This document shows, piece by piece, positions 55,022 to 63,421 of a stretch of 64,000 nucleotides of DNA. Within the stretch, counting starts at the first letter, position 1. Each line of letters opens with the position of its first letter. Under the pieces are notes generated by a model. That model worked only from the letters and a program-made list of their open reading frames with translations, searched no databases and was not told where the DNA came from. This DNA comes from an uncultured Bacilli bacterium (GTDB taxonomy: Bacteria; Bacillota_I; Bacilli_A; RF39; UBA660): positions 54,034-118,033 of the forward strand of contig CAKOJN010000003.1 in the NCBI GenBank assembly GCA_934090685.1, given 5' to 3'. The position numbers were made by a program, and so were the translations under genes.

Positions 55022-55963
55022 ATGAAGAGAAAATTCATAGTATTTTTTATATTGTTTATAATTATGCTGTGTAGTTACAATAAAAATGCATTAGATGATG
55101 ATATTAATAAAGTATCAACATCAGAAAATATAAAAGAAGAAAATAAAACAACAGAAGAAGAAAAAGAACCTATAATGGTAGCAGTAAACTATCAAAATGA
55201 TACAAAAAAATTGGATTTAGAAGAATATGTATTTGGAGTTGTGTCATGTGAAATGCCAGCTTCTTTTGAGATGGAAGCATTAAAAGCAATGGCAGTTGCA
55301 TCTAGAACATTTGCATTATATAAGTTACAATCAAATGAGAACTATGTTTTATCAAGTACTACATCAGATCAATGTTATTCTAGTATAGACAAATTAAAAT
55401 CAAGATGGAAAGATAAATATGATACTAATTATGAAAAAATAAAAAAAGCAGTAGCAGAAACAAAAGGAAAATACATATCATATGATGATAAAGCAATATA
55501 CGCAGCATACTTTTCAATATCAAATGGATATACTGAAAACTCTGAAGATGTATTTGTTAAAAAATTACCTTATTTAAAAAGTGTAAATTCATCTTGGGAT
55601 AAAAATTATTCATATAAAGAATCTGATAAAGAATATACAGTTTCTGAGTTTTTAAATAGATTAGGAATAAATGATGATAAAATTGAAAATATAAAAATAG
55701 AAAAATGTTCTCATGGTAGAGTTGATACAATATATGTAAACAATCATAAATATAAGGGAACTAAGTTTAGAACATTATTATCATTAAAATCGACTGATTT
55801 TGAAATAAAAAATATTAATGGTAAAGTGATAATACATACAAAAGGATATGGACATGGAGTTGGAATGAGCCAATATGGTGCTAATGGGATGGCTTTAGAA
55901 GGATATAAATATAATGAAATTATAAATCATTACTATACAGATGTAAAAATAATGAATAAATAA
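55022..55963 (+). CDS. spoIID: SpoIID/LytB-domain lytic transglycosylase (stage II sporulation protein D-like)
   Basis: LEEYVFGVVSCEMPASFEMEALKAMAVASRTFA and GHGVGMSQYGANGMA signature blocks. Confidence 0.82.
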   Translation: MKRKFIVFFILFIIMLCSYNKNALDDDINKVSTSENIKEENKTTEEEKEPIMVAVNYQNDTKKLDLEEYVFGVVSCEMPASFEMEALKAMAVASRTFALYKLQSNENYVLSSTTSDQCYSSIDKLKSRWKDKYDTNYEKIKKAVAETKGKYISYDDKAIYAAYFSISNGYTENSEDVFVKKLPYLKSVNSSWDKNYSYKESDKEYTVSEFLNRLGINDDKIENIKIEKCSHGRVDTIYVNNHKYKGTKFRTLLSLKSTDFEIKNINGKVIIHTKGYGHGVGMSQYGANGMALEGYKYNEIINHYYTDVKIMNK

Positions 55964-56000
55964 AATAAAATAGTTCATTCTAATAGTAGGAGAGTGAATT

Positions 56001-56633
56001 ATGGGAAAATATTATAAATTTTTATTACCAACTTTTTATGTTGGAATAGTTGCTGTAATGGTTGTTAGTGTTTTGTTAGTAGTTACTGGTATTAAAAATT
56101 ATGTAAATGAAAGTAACAATATGAAGTATACAATTGATTCGGTATTTGAAGATAAAGTAGAACCAGTAAATAAAACTAGTAGTAATACAATAGTAAAACC
56201 TTATGTATCAGAAAATGTAAAAGTAGGGAGAACCTTCTATGATTATAAGGCAGAGGCAAAAAAGCAAGAAAATTCTTTAATTGTATATGAAAATACTTAT
56301 ATGCAAAATAATGGAGTAGATTATGTTTCGGATGAAGAATTTGATGTGGTATCAGTATTAGAAGGTGAAATAATAGGTATAGAAGATAATGACGTATATG
56401 GAAAAATATTAACAATAAAACATAATGAAAATCTAATATCAGTTTATAGTAATATTAAAAATATAACAGCAAAAGTAGGATATAAATTATCACAAGGAGA
56501 AATCATTGGAACAAGTAATAAATCATCTTTAGAATCATCAGATAAAACTATGTTACATTTTGAAGTATATTATAAAGGAAATGCACTTGATCCTGAAAAT
56601 TTATATACTATGTCAGTTAGTGATTTTGAGTAA
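56001..56633 (+). CDS. Membrane-anchored degenerate LytM (M23) domain protein, SpoIIQ-like architecture
   Basis: An N-terminal TM and a C-terminal M23 fold (..GEIIGTS..MLHFEVYYKGNALDP). The HxxxD metal block reads NNGVDY. Confidence 0.55.
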   Translation: MGKYYKFLLPTFYVGIVAVMVVSVLLVVTGIKNYVNESNNMKYTIDSVFEDKVEPVNKTSSNTIVKPYVSENVKVGRTFYDYKAEAKKQENSLIVYENTYMQNNGVDYVSDEEFDVVSVLEGEIIGIEDNDVYGKILTIKHNENLISVYSNIKNITAKVGYKLSQGEIIGTSNKSSLESSDKTMLHFEVYYKGNALDPENLYTMSVSDFE

Positions 56634-56763
56634 GCATATTTATGCTTATTTTTTATTTTATAGAAAAATTTGTTCTTTGAATTAAATTTACTAATTTCCC
56701 TATAATAATTGAAAAAAATGTATAATTGTGGTATTATTAAATAAGTACAATAAGGAGCATCTT

Positions 56764-57477
56764 ATGGTTAATTTTATAATAGTAGACGATAATAGAATGC
56801 ATAGAAAAAAGGTTTACGATGTTATATTTTCATATATGATGAACAATAATATTGATTTTAAAATTCATGAATTTGGGAATGTAGATGCAAAACTGAGTGA
56901 ATTTTTGAAGACAACTAATAAAGATTGCGTTTATATTTTAGATTTAGAATTACCTGGTGGTGATGGTATTGATGTAGCAAGAGAAGTTAGATACCAAATA
57001 AATGATTGGGTAAGTCCAATTATAGTCTTAACCGCACATACATCATCATATTACAAAATATATAAACAAAAATTACAAATATTAGATTTTATAGGAAAAT
57101 GTAATGATATAGATGATGATATAAAAGAAAACATAGACATATCTTTAAGAGTTTTAAACCAAACTGGTTCTTACAAATTCACTTATAAAAATATAGGTTA
57201 TAATATTCCATATTCTGATATAGATTATATTCAAAGAGAAGACAGAAGAACAAAAATTGTAACGAGAAAAGAAACTTATTATAGAAATATTTCTATTAAT
57301 GATATTAAAAAAGAATTACCAGCATATTTTGTTATATCTTTAAAAGGAACATTAGTTAATACAAAGAACATATTTAAAATAGATTGGAACAGTTGTATAG
57401 TTTATTTTAAAGATGGAAACAGTGGATACTTAGTTTCAAGAAATCATAAAAAGGAGTTTGGTGAAAATGATTTTTAA
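56764..57477 (+). CDS. LytTR-family (AgrA-like) response regulator
   Basis: Receiver domain (FIIVDDN..ILDLELPGGDG..VLTAH) plus a C-terminal LytTR domain. The start is at the ATG after an AAGGAG RBS. Confidence 0.85.
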   Translation: MVNFIIVDDNRMHRKKVYDVIFSYMMNNNIDFKIHEFGNVDAKLSEFLKTTNKDCVYILDLELPGGDGIDVAREVRYQINDWVSPIIVLTAHTSSYYKIYKQKLQILDFIGKCNDIDDDIKENIDISLRVLNQTGSYKFTYKNIGYNIPYSDIDYIQREDRRTKIVTRKETYYRNISINDIKKELPAYFVISLKGTLVNTKNIFKIDWNSCIVYFKDGNSGYLVSRNHKKEFGENDF

Positions 57478-58762
57478 TGATTATTTTATATTAGGATTAT
57501 CTTCAATAATAGTTGCGCGGTTACATGGAATATGTTATGAAAGGCTGTCCAATACAAAATTTAAAGCAAATTTTAAAAACATAGTTGTATTCTTTACATT
57601 CGGTTGTTTATTTATAGCAAATAACTATTTAATAGGTAGTGGGATGAATAGAATAATTATAAGTGTAACGTTACTTACCATTATGTATAAATTAATATTT
57701 AATGATAATATGAAAGTAACATTAGCAAAAAGTTTGATATGTTATATAGTATTGGTACTTATCGAAATGCTACTTTCTATAATTTTGGTAAATTTGAAAT
57801 ATGTAAGTATTACAGATTTTAATAGTAGTATATTAGTGAAATGTGTGGTGTCATTTATAGAATTATATTTGACGATATTATTTATTAAAAATAAAAAATG
57901 TAATATGCAATTAAATAAAGTAGTAGAGGCAACTGGTAAAGAAATAATAGTTAATGTATTCTTAATCGCATCAGCAATAACAATGATAATACTTATATCA
58001 AAATATGAAAAATCATTTAATACAACTACTTACTTCACTAATCTAGTTTTAATACTAATTTTTACCGGTTTAATGTTTATATCAGTAAGAAATAATATTA
58101 AAGTGAAAAAAGAAAGTGAGAAAATAGAAACTTTATTAAAATTTATGTCTAAATATGAAAAGATTATTGATGAAGAAAGAATAAATAGACATGAGATGTT
58201 AAATAATCTATTGATGCTTAAAAGTTTTAAGAATAAGAATTCTAAAAAATATGATGACACTATAAATGAAATTATAAAGTTATATGAGAAAAATGGAAAA
58301 GAGACTATTAAAAATGTTTCTACTTTGCCTTCAGGTTTAAAAGGTATCTTATATTATAAAGTTGAAGACATGAAAAATAATGAGATTGATGTAAATATAA
58401 ATATATCTAAGAAAATTAAGTCATTGTTAGATATTATAAACACTAAAGAATATGTTTCATTATGTAAAATATTTGGTATTGTGCTTGATAATGCTTGTGA
58501 TGCAGCGAAGGAAAGCAAAGAAAAATCTGTTTTTATTGAAGTATTTGAAATAGAAAATAAAATATATATTAATGTAGAAAATTCATTTAAGAATAAAGTA
58601 GATGTTAATAAACTTAAAGAACAGTATTATTCAACTAAAGGTAAAGGTAGAGGTCTTGGTTTGTTTCTTGCGAATAAACTGATTAAAGAAAGTGAATCTA
58701 TAGATATGGTTCAAAGAGTTGAAGAGGATAGATTTATTAGTGAAATAACTGTTATGCTTTAA
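57458..58762 (+). CDS. AgrC-like (HPK10) membrane sensor histidine kinase
   Basis: About six N-terminal TM helices, the H-box RINRHEMLNNL, and a GHKL C-terminus (NVENSF..GKGRGLGLFL). Confidence 0.85.
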   Translation: MVKMIFNDYFILGLSSIIVARLHGICYERLSNTKFKANFKNIVVFFTFGCLFIANNYLIGSGMNRIIISVTLLTIMYKLIFNDNMKVTLAKSLICYIVLVLIEMLLSIILVNLKYVSITDFNSSILVKCVVSFIELYLTILFIKNKKCNMQLNKVVEATGKEIIVNVFLIASAITMIILISKYEKSFNTTTYFTNLVLILIFTGLMFISVRNNIKVKKESEKIETLLKFMSKYEKIIDEERINRHEMLNNLLMLKSFKNKNSKKYDDTINEIIKLYEKNGKETIKNVSTLPSGLKGILYYKVEDMKNNEIDVNINISKKIKSLLDIINTKEYVSLCKIFGIVLDNACDAAKESKEKSVFIEVFEIENKIYINVENSFKNKVDVNKLKEQYYSTKGKGRGLGLFLANKLIKESESIDMVQRVEEDRFISEITVML

Positions 58763-58772
58763 GACAAAAAAT

Positions 58773-58797
58773 AAAAGCCTAGATTTTCTAGGTTTTT
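58773..58797. terminator. Bidirectional terminator between convergent agrAC-like and agrBD-like operons
   Basis: AAAAGCCTAG-atttt-CTAGGTTTTT, with an A-run on one side and a T-run on the other. Confidence 0.65.
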
Positions 58798-58828
58798 ATA
58801 TTGGTGTTTTGCTTATTAAAATATTTTT

Positions 58829-58945
58829 TTATAATAATGATTCTGGCATTTCAGGTTCGTCAAATAACACAGTAATGCATCCAGTAGTCGCAGTAGTTGC
58901 TACTAATGCTCCAAGAAGAGCAGTTAATTTAGCAAATAATTTCAT
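58829..58945 (-). CDS. agrD: AgrD-type autoinducing peptide precursor (38 aa)
   Basis: Below the track cutoff. Its ATG overlaps the agrB-like TGA (ATGA) and sits behind AAGGAGG. The product is MKLFAKLTALLGALVATTATTGCITVLFDEPEMPESLL: an amphipathic leader, a single Cys, and an acidic DEPEMPE tail as in known AgrD proteins. Confidence 0.8.
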   Translation of the reverse strand: MKLFAKLTALLGALVATTATTGCITVLFDEPEMPESLL

Positions 58946-59547
58946 ATTGTCCTCCTTTCGTATTTTTTGTAATTATTATATTCTAAGCCAAAAAGCTTAT
59001 ATGAAATTGGAAGTACTAAAAATGTTTGAATAAGAATAGATATTATTAAAATATTACTTATATACACATCATTAGTAAATATTATGTATAAAATATATAG
59101 TACTGTAATAAGAATAGTTAACACTTTATATACAGTTCTTTTTGTTTCGTTAATTATAGGCCTTTTTTTGGTATCAGCAGGAGCATATATAAAAAGTAAA
59201 ATTAAACCTATTGATGATAAAGTAATTTGTAATATCTTTGGTATAGAAATCAAACTAACAATATTTGGAAGTATAACAAACATTAACAATGATGCAACCC
59301 AACAATGTGATGACTTTTTAGCATGTAATCCAAAACCTGTGAGTCGAAGCAGTCCATAAAATAGAAATATAAGTAATAATTCTTTTAATGAACCTAATAA
59401 TAAATTAATTATAATAATTGTTACTATTTTAAACATTGTTAAGTAAATTGTTTCTAATCCATATTTTATTTCTTTTAATTTAGTATCTGAATAATTATTA
59501 TATTTTTTAATGTTATTAATTGTTTTGTTTAATATTACTTCTTTCAT
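58942..59547 (-). CDS. agrB: AgrB-family membrane peptidase
   Basis: 201 aa, multi-TM, with ..LRLTGFGLHAKKSSHCWVAS.. (the conserved His/Cys region of AgrB). Confidence 0.85.
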   Translation of the reverse strand: MKEVILNKTINNIKKYNNYSDTKLKEIKYGLETIYLTMFKIVTIIIINLLLGSLKELLLIFLFYGLLRLTGFGLHAKKSSHCWVASLLMFVILPNIVSLISIPKILQITLSSIGLILLFIYAPADTKKRPIINETKRTVYKVLTILITVLYILYIIFTNDVYISNILIISILIQTFLVLPISYKLFGLEYNNYKKYERRTI

Positions 59548-59669
59548 TACTTCTTCCTTTCGCTTTTATAATAATACATATTATGTAAATTTTTTTTTGA
59601 ATTGCATAATCTCAATTATAAATTGTCTTAAAACCAATATTTTTTAAAATATTTGTATATAATTTTATT

Positions 59670-59699
59670 TAATGACATTTTTATTACTTTTAACGACAA
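59670..59699 (+). promoter_or_regulatory. Candidate LytTR-regulator binding site (two 9-bp direct repeats, 12-bp spacer)
   Basis: TAATGACAT-ttttattacttt-TAACGACAA, with 7/9 identity and 21-bp phasing. It lies 123 bp upstream of agrB and 94 bp upstream of csp. Confidence 0.35.
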
Positions 59700-59792
59700 A
59701 TATAAAAAATATATATAAAATTTTGCTAACATTAGTCATGCCGGCAGCAGTTGTATGTAGTACCATTATTTTTATGAAGGGACGGTGTTAAA

Positions 59793-60014
59793 GTGAGTAG
59801 AGGTCGCGTTAAATGGTTTAATAATGACAAAGGTTATGGATTTATTGAATATGAAGGTTTAGTAAACGAAGATATTTTTGTACATTATTCTGCAATTGAT
59901 CAAAAAGGCTACAAATCATTAAAAGAAGGTGACTTAGTTGAATTTACATTAGTAGAAACAGCTAAAGGAAACCAAGCAATTAATGTTAAAGAAGTTAACT
60001 TAACTGTAGTTTAG
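59793..60014 (+). CDS. Cold-shock protein (CspA family)
   Basis: GTG start. RNP1 KGYGFI and RNP2 VFVHYS-type motifs ([25 protein letters not shown]). Confidence 0.92.
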   Translation: MSRGRVKWFNNDKGYGFIEYEGLVNEDIFVHYSAIDQKGYKSLKEGDLVEFTLVETAKGNQAINVKEVNLTVV

Positions 60015-60019
60015 TAAAG

Positions 60020-60039
60020 GCACACTTATGTGTGTTTTT
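60020..60039 (+). terminator. Rho-independent terminator after csp
   Basis: GCACAC-ttat-GTGTGT followed by TTTT. Confidence 0.6.
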
Positions 60040-60122
60040 AAATGTAAAATTTTTGTGTATTTTTGTTTGATTTATGGAATTAGTGTTGACTTTATGATAT
60101 CCTATATATAGGAGGAATAATT

Positions 60123-60644
60123 ATGAAATATAATATTAGAGGTAACAAAATTGATGTTACAGAAGCTATAAGTGATTACATTAAAAGTAAGGTTTCAAAA
60201 TTAGAAAAGTATCTTGATGATAATGATGAGGTAGAGGCTAAGGCAATAGTTTCTGCTAAAGGACATGATCAAAAAGTTGAGATTACCATATGGAGTGGAA
60301 AATATAATATAAGAGCAGAGGTAGTAAATGCTGATTTATATTCTGCTATAGATTTAGTTATAGATAAATTAGAAAGACAATTTAAAAAATATAGAGGTAA
60401 ATTAAATATTAAAAGAGCTAAAGAAGAATATATTTCTGAAATAGAAGATTTATTTGAGGAAGAAGATCAAAAAATTGTTAGACGTAAAGAAGTATTCTTA
60501 AAGCCAATTGATGAGGAAGAGGCAATTACTCAAATGGAACTTCTTGGGCATTCATTCTTTGTATTTAAAAATGTAGATACAAATAAAATAAATGTTGTTT
60601 ATAAAAGAAGTGATTCTGATTATGGTATAATTGAAGCTAATTAA
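60123..60644 (+). CDS. hpf: Ribosome hibernation promoting factor (long HPF)
   Basis: MKYNIRGNKIDVTEAI.. is an S30AE N-domain. The C-terminal dimerisation domain ends ..FVFKN..INVVYKRSDSDYGIIE. Confidence 0.9.
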   Translation: MKYNIRGNKIDVTEAISDYIKSKVSKLEKYLDDNDEVEAKAIVSAKGHDQKVEITIWSGKYNIRAEVVNADLYSAIDLVIDKLERQFKKYRGKLNIKRAKEEYISEIEDLFEEEDQKIVRRKEVFLKPIDEEEAITQMELLGHSFFVFKNVDTNKINVVYKRSDSDYGIIEAN

Positions 60645-60718
60645 GTGATAGGAAGGTGAAAATAATTCACTTTTCTTTTTTTATTTGCTATAATTAAACA
60701 TGTGGAGATGATATTAAC

Positions 60719-63205
60719 ATGGGATTATTAAAAAACATATTTGACTATGAAACAAAAGAATTAAAAAGGATAGATAAAATAGTTGATGAAATAGAAGCTT
60801 TAGATGAAAAAATGCAAGGTATAAAAGATATTGAATTTAAAGCTAAGACAGAAGAGTTTAAAAAAAGAATTGAGGATGGTGAGGAACTTGATGATATTGC
60901 TGTTGAGGCGTTTGCATTAGCTCGTGAAGCGTGTTTTAGAGCAATAGGAGAAAAACCATTTAGAGTACAATTAATAGGTGGTCTTGCTATTCATAGGGGT
61001 AACATTGCTGAAATGAAGACTGGTGAGGGTAAAACATTAACAACAGTATTACCTGCTTATTTGAATGCATTAAGTGGTAAAGGAGTACATGTAATTACAA
61101 CAAATGAATACTTATCAACACGTAATGCACAATGGATGGGACCTATTTATGATTTGTTAGGAGTTAGCGTTGGTATTAACACAAGGGATAAATCTCCAAA
61201 AGAGAAAAAAGAAGCATATGAAGCTGATATAACATATACAACAAATAACGAACTTGGTTTTGATTACCTAAGGGATAATATGGTTGTTCATAAAGAGAAT
61301 AGAACTCAAAGAGGATTAAATTTTGCTATTATTGATGAAGTTGACTCAATATTAATAGATGAGGCTAGAACGCCATTAATAATATCAGGTGGTTCTGCTA
61401 AATCAGCTAATATATATAAAGAAGCAGATAGAGTTGCTAAAAGTCTTAAGATAGATGATTATGTAGTTGATGAAAAAACTAAAAAAGTAACACTAACTGA
61501 AGATGGCGTTAAAAATTGTGAAAAAATGTTACATTTAGATAATTTATATGACATTAGTAATAGTGTTATGGTACATAATTTAGATAAGGCATTAACTGCT
61601 AATTATGCATTTAAAAAAGATGTTGATTATGTAATTGAAAATGATAAAGTAATTATTGTTGATACATTTACAGGAAGATTAATGCATGGTAGACAATTTA
61701 GTGAAGGTTTACACCAAGCATTAGAAGCTAAAGAAGGCGTTACTATTAACGAAGAAACTAAGACTTTAGCAACTATAACATTCCAAAATTTATTTAGAAT
61801 GTATAATAAACTAAGTGGTATGACAGGTACTGCTAAAACTGAAGAAGAAGAATTCCAAAATATTTATAATACAAATGTAGTATGTATTCCAACAAATAAA
61901 CCAGTTATTCGTGATGATCAAGTTGATTTAATATATTCATCACTTAAGGGTAAATTTAATGCAGTTGTTAAAACTGTAAAAGAAATACATAAGACTGGAA
62001 GACCTGTTCTTGTTGGTGTTGCATCTGTAGAAACAAGTGAACTTGTTAGTCAACTATTAACTAAAGCAGGTGTTAAGCATGAATTATTAAATGCTAAGAA
62101 TCATGAAAGAGAAGCACATATCATAGAAAATGCTGGTAAAAAGAATGCTGTTACTATAGCAACAAACATGGCAGGACGTGGTACTGATATTAAGTTAGGT
62201 GAAGGTGTGCGTGAATTAGGTGGTTTATTTGTGCTTGGTACGGAAAGACACGATTCAAGAAGAATTGATAATCAATTAAGGGGACGTGCTGGACGTCAGG
62301 GGGACCCAGGTACTACAAGATTCTTCGTATCAATGGAAGATGACTTGATGATTAAGTTTGGTTCTGAAAAGATGAAAACAGTTATGGAAACATTAGGTAT
62401 CAAAGATGATCAAGCAATTTCAAATAAAATGATTTCTAAAAATATTGAATCTGCTCAAAAGAAAGTAGAAGGATTTAACTTTGATAGAAGAAAAGGATTA
62501 TTAGATTTTGATAATGTTATTAGTAAACAAAGAGAAATTATTTATGATAGAAGAAATGAAATACTTGATAATGATAGTATAAGAGATAGAGTTTTAGATA
62601 CATTTAAAGAGTTTGTTTCTAATCAAGTACATAGTCATTTAACTGATGGTGAATTAACTAGTAATGATGTTGATAATTTAATGGAATTATTTAATGCTAG
62701 ATATTTAAAGAAAAGAAAACTTAAGAAAGAGGATTTTAATAAAGATATTAATGAATTAATAGATTTCATATATGAAATAGTAGTAGATGACTATAGTAAA
62801 AAACTTGAAGATGTGCCTAAAGATATTCAAGATGATTTTGAAAAATCAATATCACTTAGATGTATAGATAAGAATTGGATGGATCAATTAGATGCGATGG
62901 AAGCGTTAAAAGAAGGAGTTGGACTACGTGGTTATGCACAAAGTAATCCACTTCAGGTTTATGCATTAGAAGGTTTTGATTTATTTGATAATATGATGGC
63001 TAATATTTCTGCAGAAATATCAAATTTTTTGCTTAATGCTGAAGTTAGACAAAATATAGAAAGAGAAGAAGTTAAAAATATTAAAACTAATGATGGCAAA
63101 GAGGGTGTTAAGAGTAAACCTAAAAAAGTGGATAAAAAAGTAGGTAGAAATGATTTATGCCCATGTGGCTCAGGAAAAAAATATAAACAATGTTGTGGAA
63201 AGTAA
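60719..63205 (+). CDS. secA: Preprotein translocase ATPase SecA
   Basis: MKTGEGKTL Walker A, DEVDSILIDEARTPLIISG, TNMAGRGTDIKLG, and a C-terminal zinc motif CPCGSGKKYKQCCGK. Confidence 0.97.
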   Translation: MGLLKNIFDYETKELKRIDKIVDEIEALDEKMQGIKDIEFKAKTEEFKKRIEDGEELDDIAVEAFALAREACFRAIGEKPFRVQLIGGLAIHRGNIAEMKTGEGKTLTTVLPAYLNALSGKGVHVITTNEYLSTRNAQWMGPIYDLLGVSVGINTRDKSPKEKKEAYEADITYTTNNELGFDYLRDNMVVHKENRTQRGLNFAIIDEVDSILIDEARTPLIISGGSAKSANIYKEADRVAKSLKIDDYVVDEKTKKVTLTEDGVKNCEKMLHLDNLYDISNSVMVHNLDKALTANYAFKKDVDYVIENDKVIIVDTFTGRLMHGRQFSEGLHQALEAKEGVTINEETKTLATITFQNLFRMYNKLSGMTGTAKTEEEEFQNIYNTNVVCIPTNKPVIRDDQVDLIYSSLKGKFNAVVKTVKEIHKTGRPVLVGVASVETSELVSQLLTKAGVKHELLNAKNHEREAHIIENAGKKNAVTIATNMAGRGTDIKLGEGVRELGGLFVLGTERHDSRRIDNQLRGRAGRQGDPGTTRFFVSMEDDLMIKFGSEKMKTVMETLGIKDDQAISNKMISKNIESAQKKVEGFNFDRRKGLLDFDNVISKQREIIYDRRNEILDNDSIRDRVLDTFKEFVSNQVHSHLTDGELTSNDVDNLMELFNARYLKKRKLKKEDFNKDINELIDFIYEIVVDDYSKKLEDVPKDIQDDFEKSISLRCIDKNWMDQLDAMEALKEGVGLRGYAQSNPLQVYALEGFDLFDNMMANISAEISNFLLNAEVRQNIEREEVKNIKTNDGKEGVKSKPKKVDKKVGRNDLCPCGSGKKYKQCCGK

Positions 63206-63295
63206 TGATTAAAATCGGCGTAAACTCAATAAATATAAGGGTTTGCGCTATTTTTATGATTGCAATATTTAGGTAATTTTACTTCAAAAAAGGTG

Positions 63296-63316
63296 TTTAG
63301 ATAAGTTTTAGATAAG
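63296..63316 (+). repeat. Tandem TTTAGATAAG(T) duplication inside a 9-bp inverted repeat
   Basis: TTTAGATAAG TTTTAGATAAG, flanked by TACTTCAAA (63280-63288) and TTTGAAGTA (63330-63338). Confidence 0.6.
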
Positions 63317-63421
63317 TTTTTTTAACGAATTTGAAGTATTTTTTAATCGTTTTGATATATGAATTTATTAATGAAAAATATTTTGTTTTCATGATATAAT
63401 AAGTATAGTAGGTGAGTAATA

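Noticed and set aside
58809-59033. 74-aa plus-strand ORF between the kinase gene and agrB.
   Set aside because: It is antisense to agrD and to the agrB 3' end, both of which are well supported (RBS, ATGA coupling, family motifs).
59084-59359. 91-aa plus-strand ORF inside agrB.
   Set aside because: It is antisense to the AgrB-family gene. It is a shadow ORF.
60015-60122. Checked for the raiA-motif RNA that often precedes hpf/raiA genes in Firmicutes.
   Set aside because: Only ~108 nt are available, most of which is the csp terminator and a promoter-like TTGACT..TATATA. There is no room for the ~200-nt structured motif.
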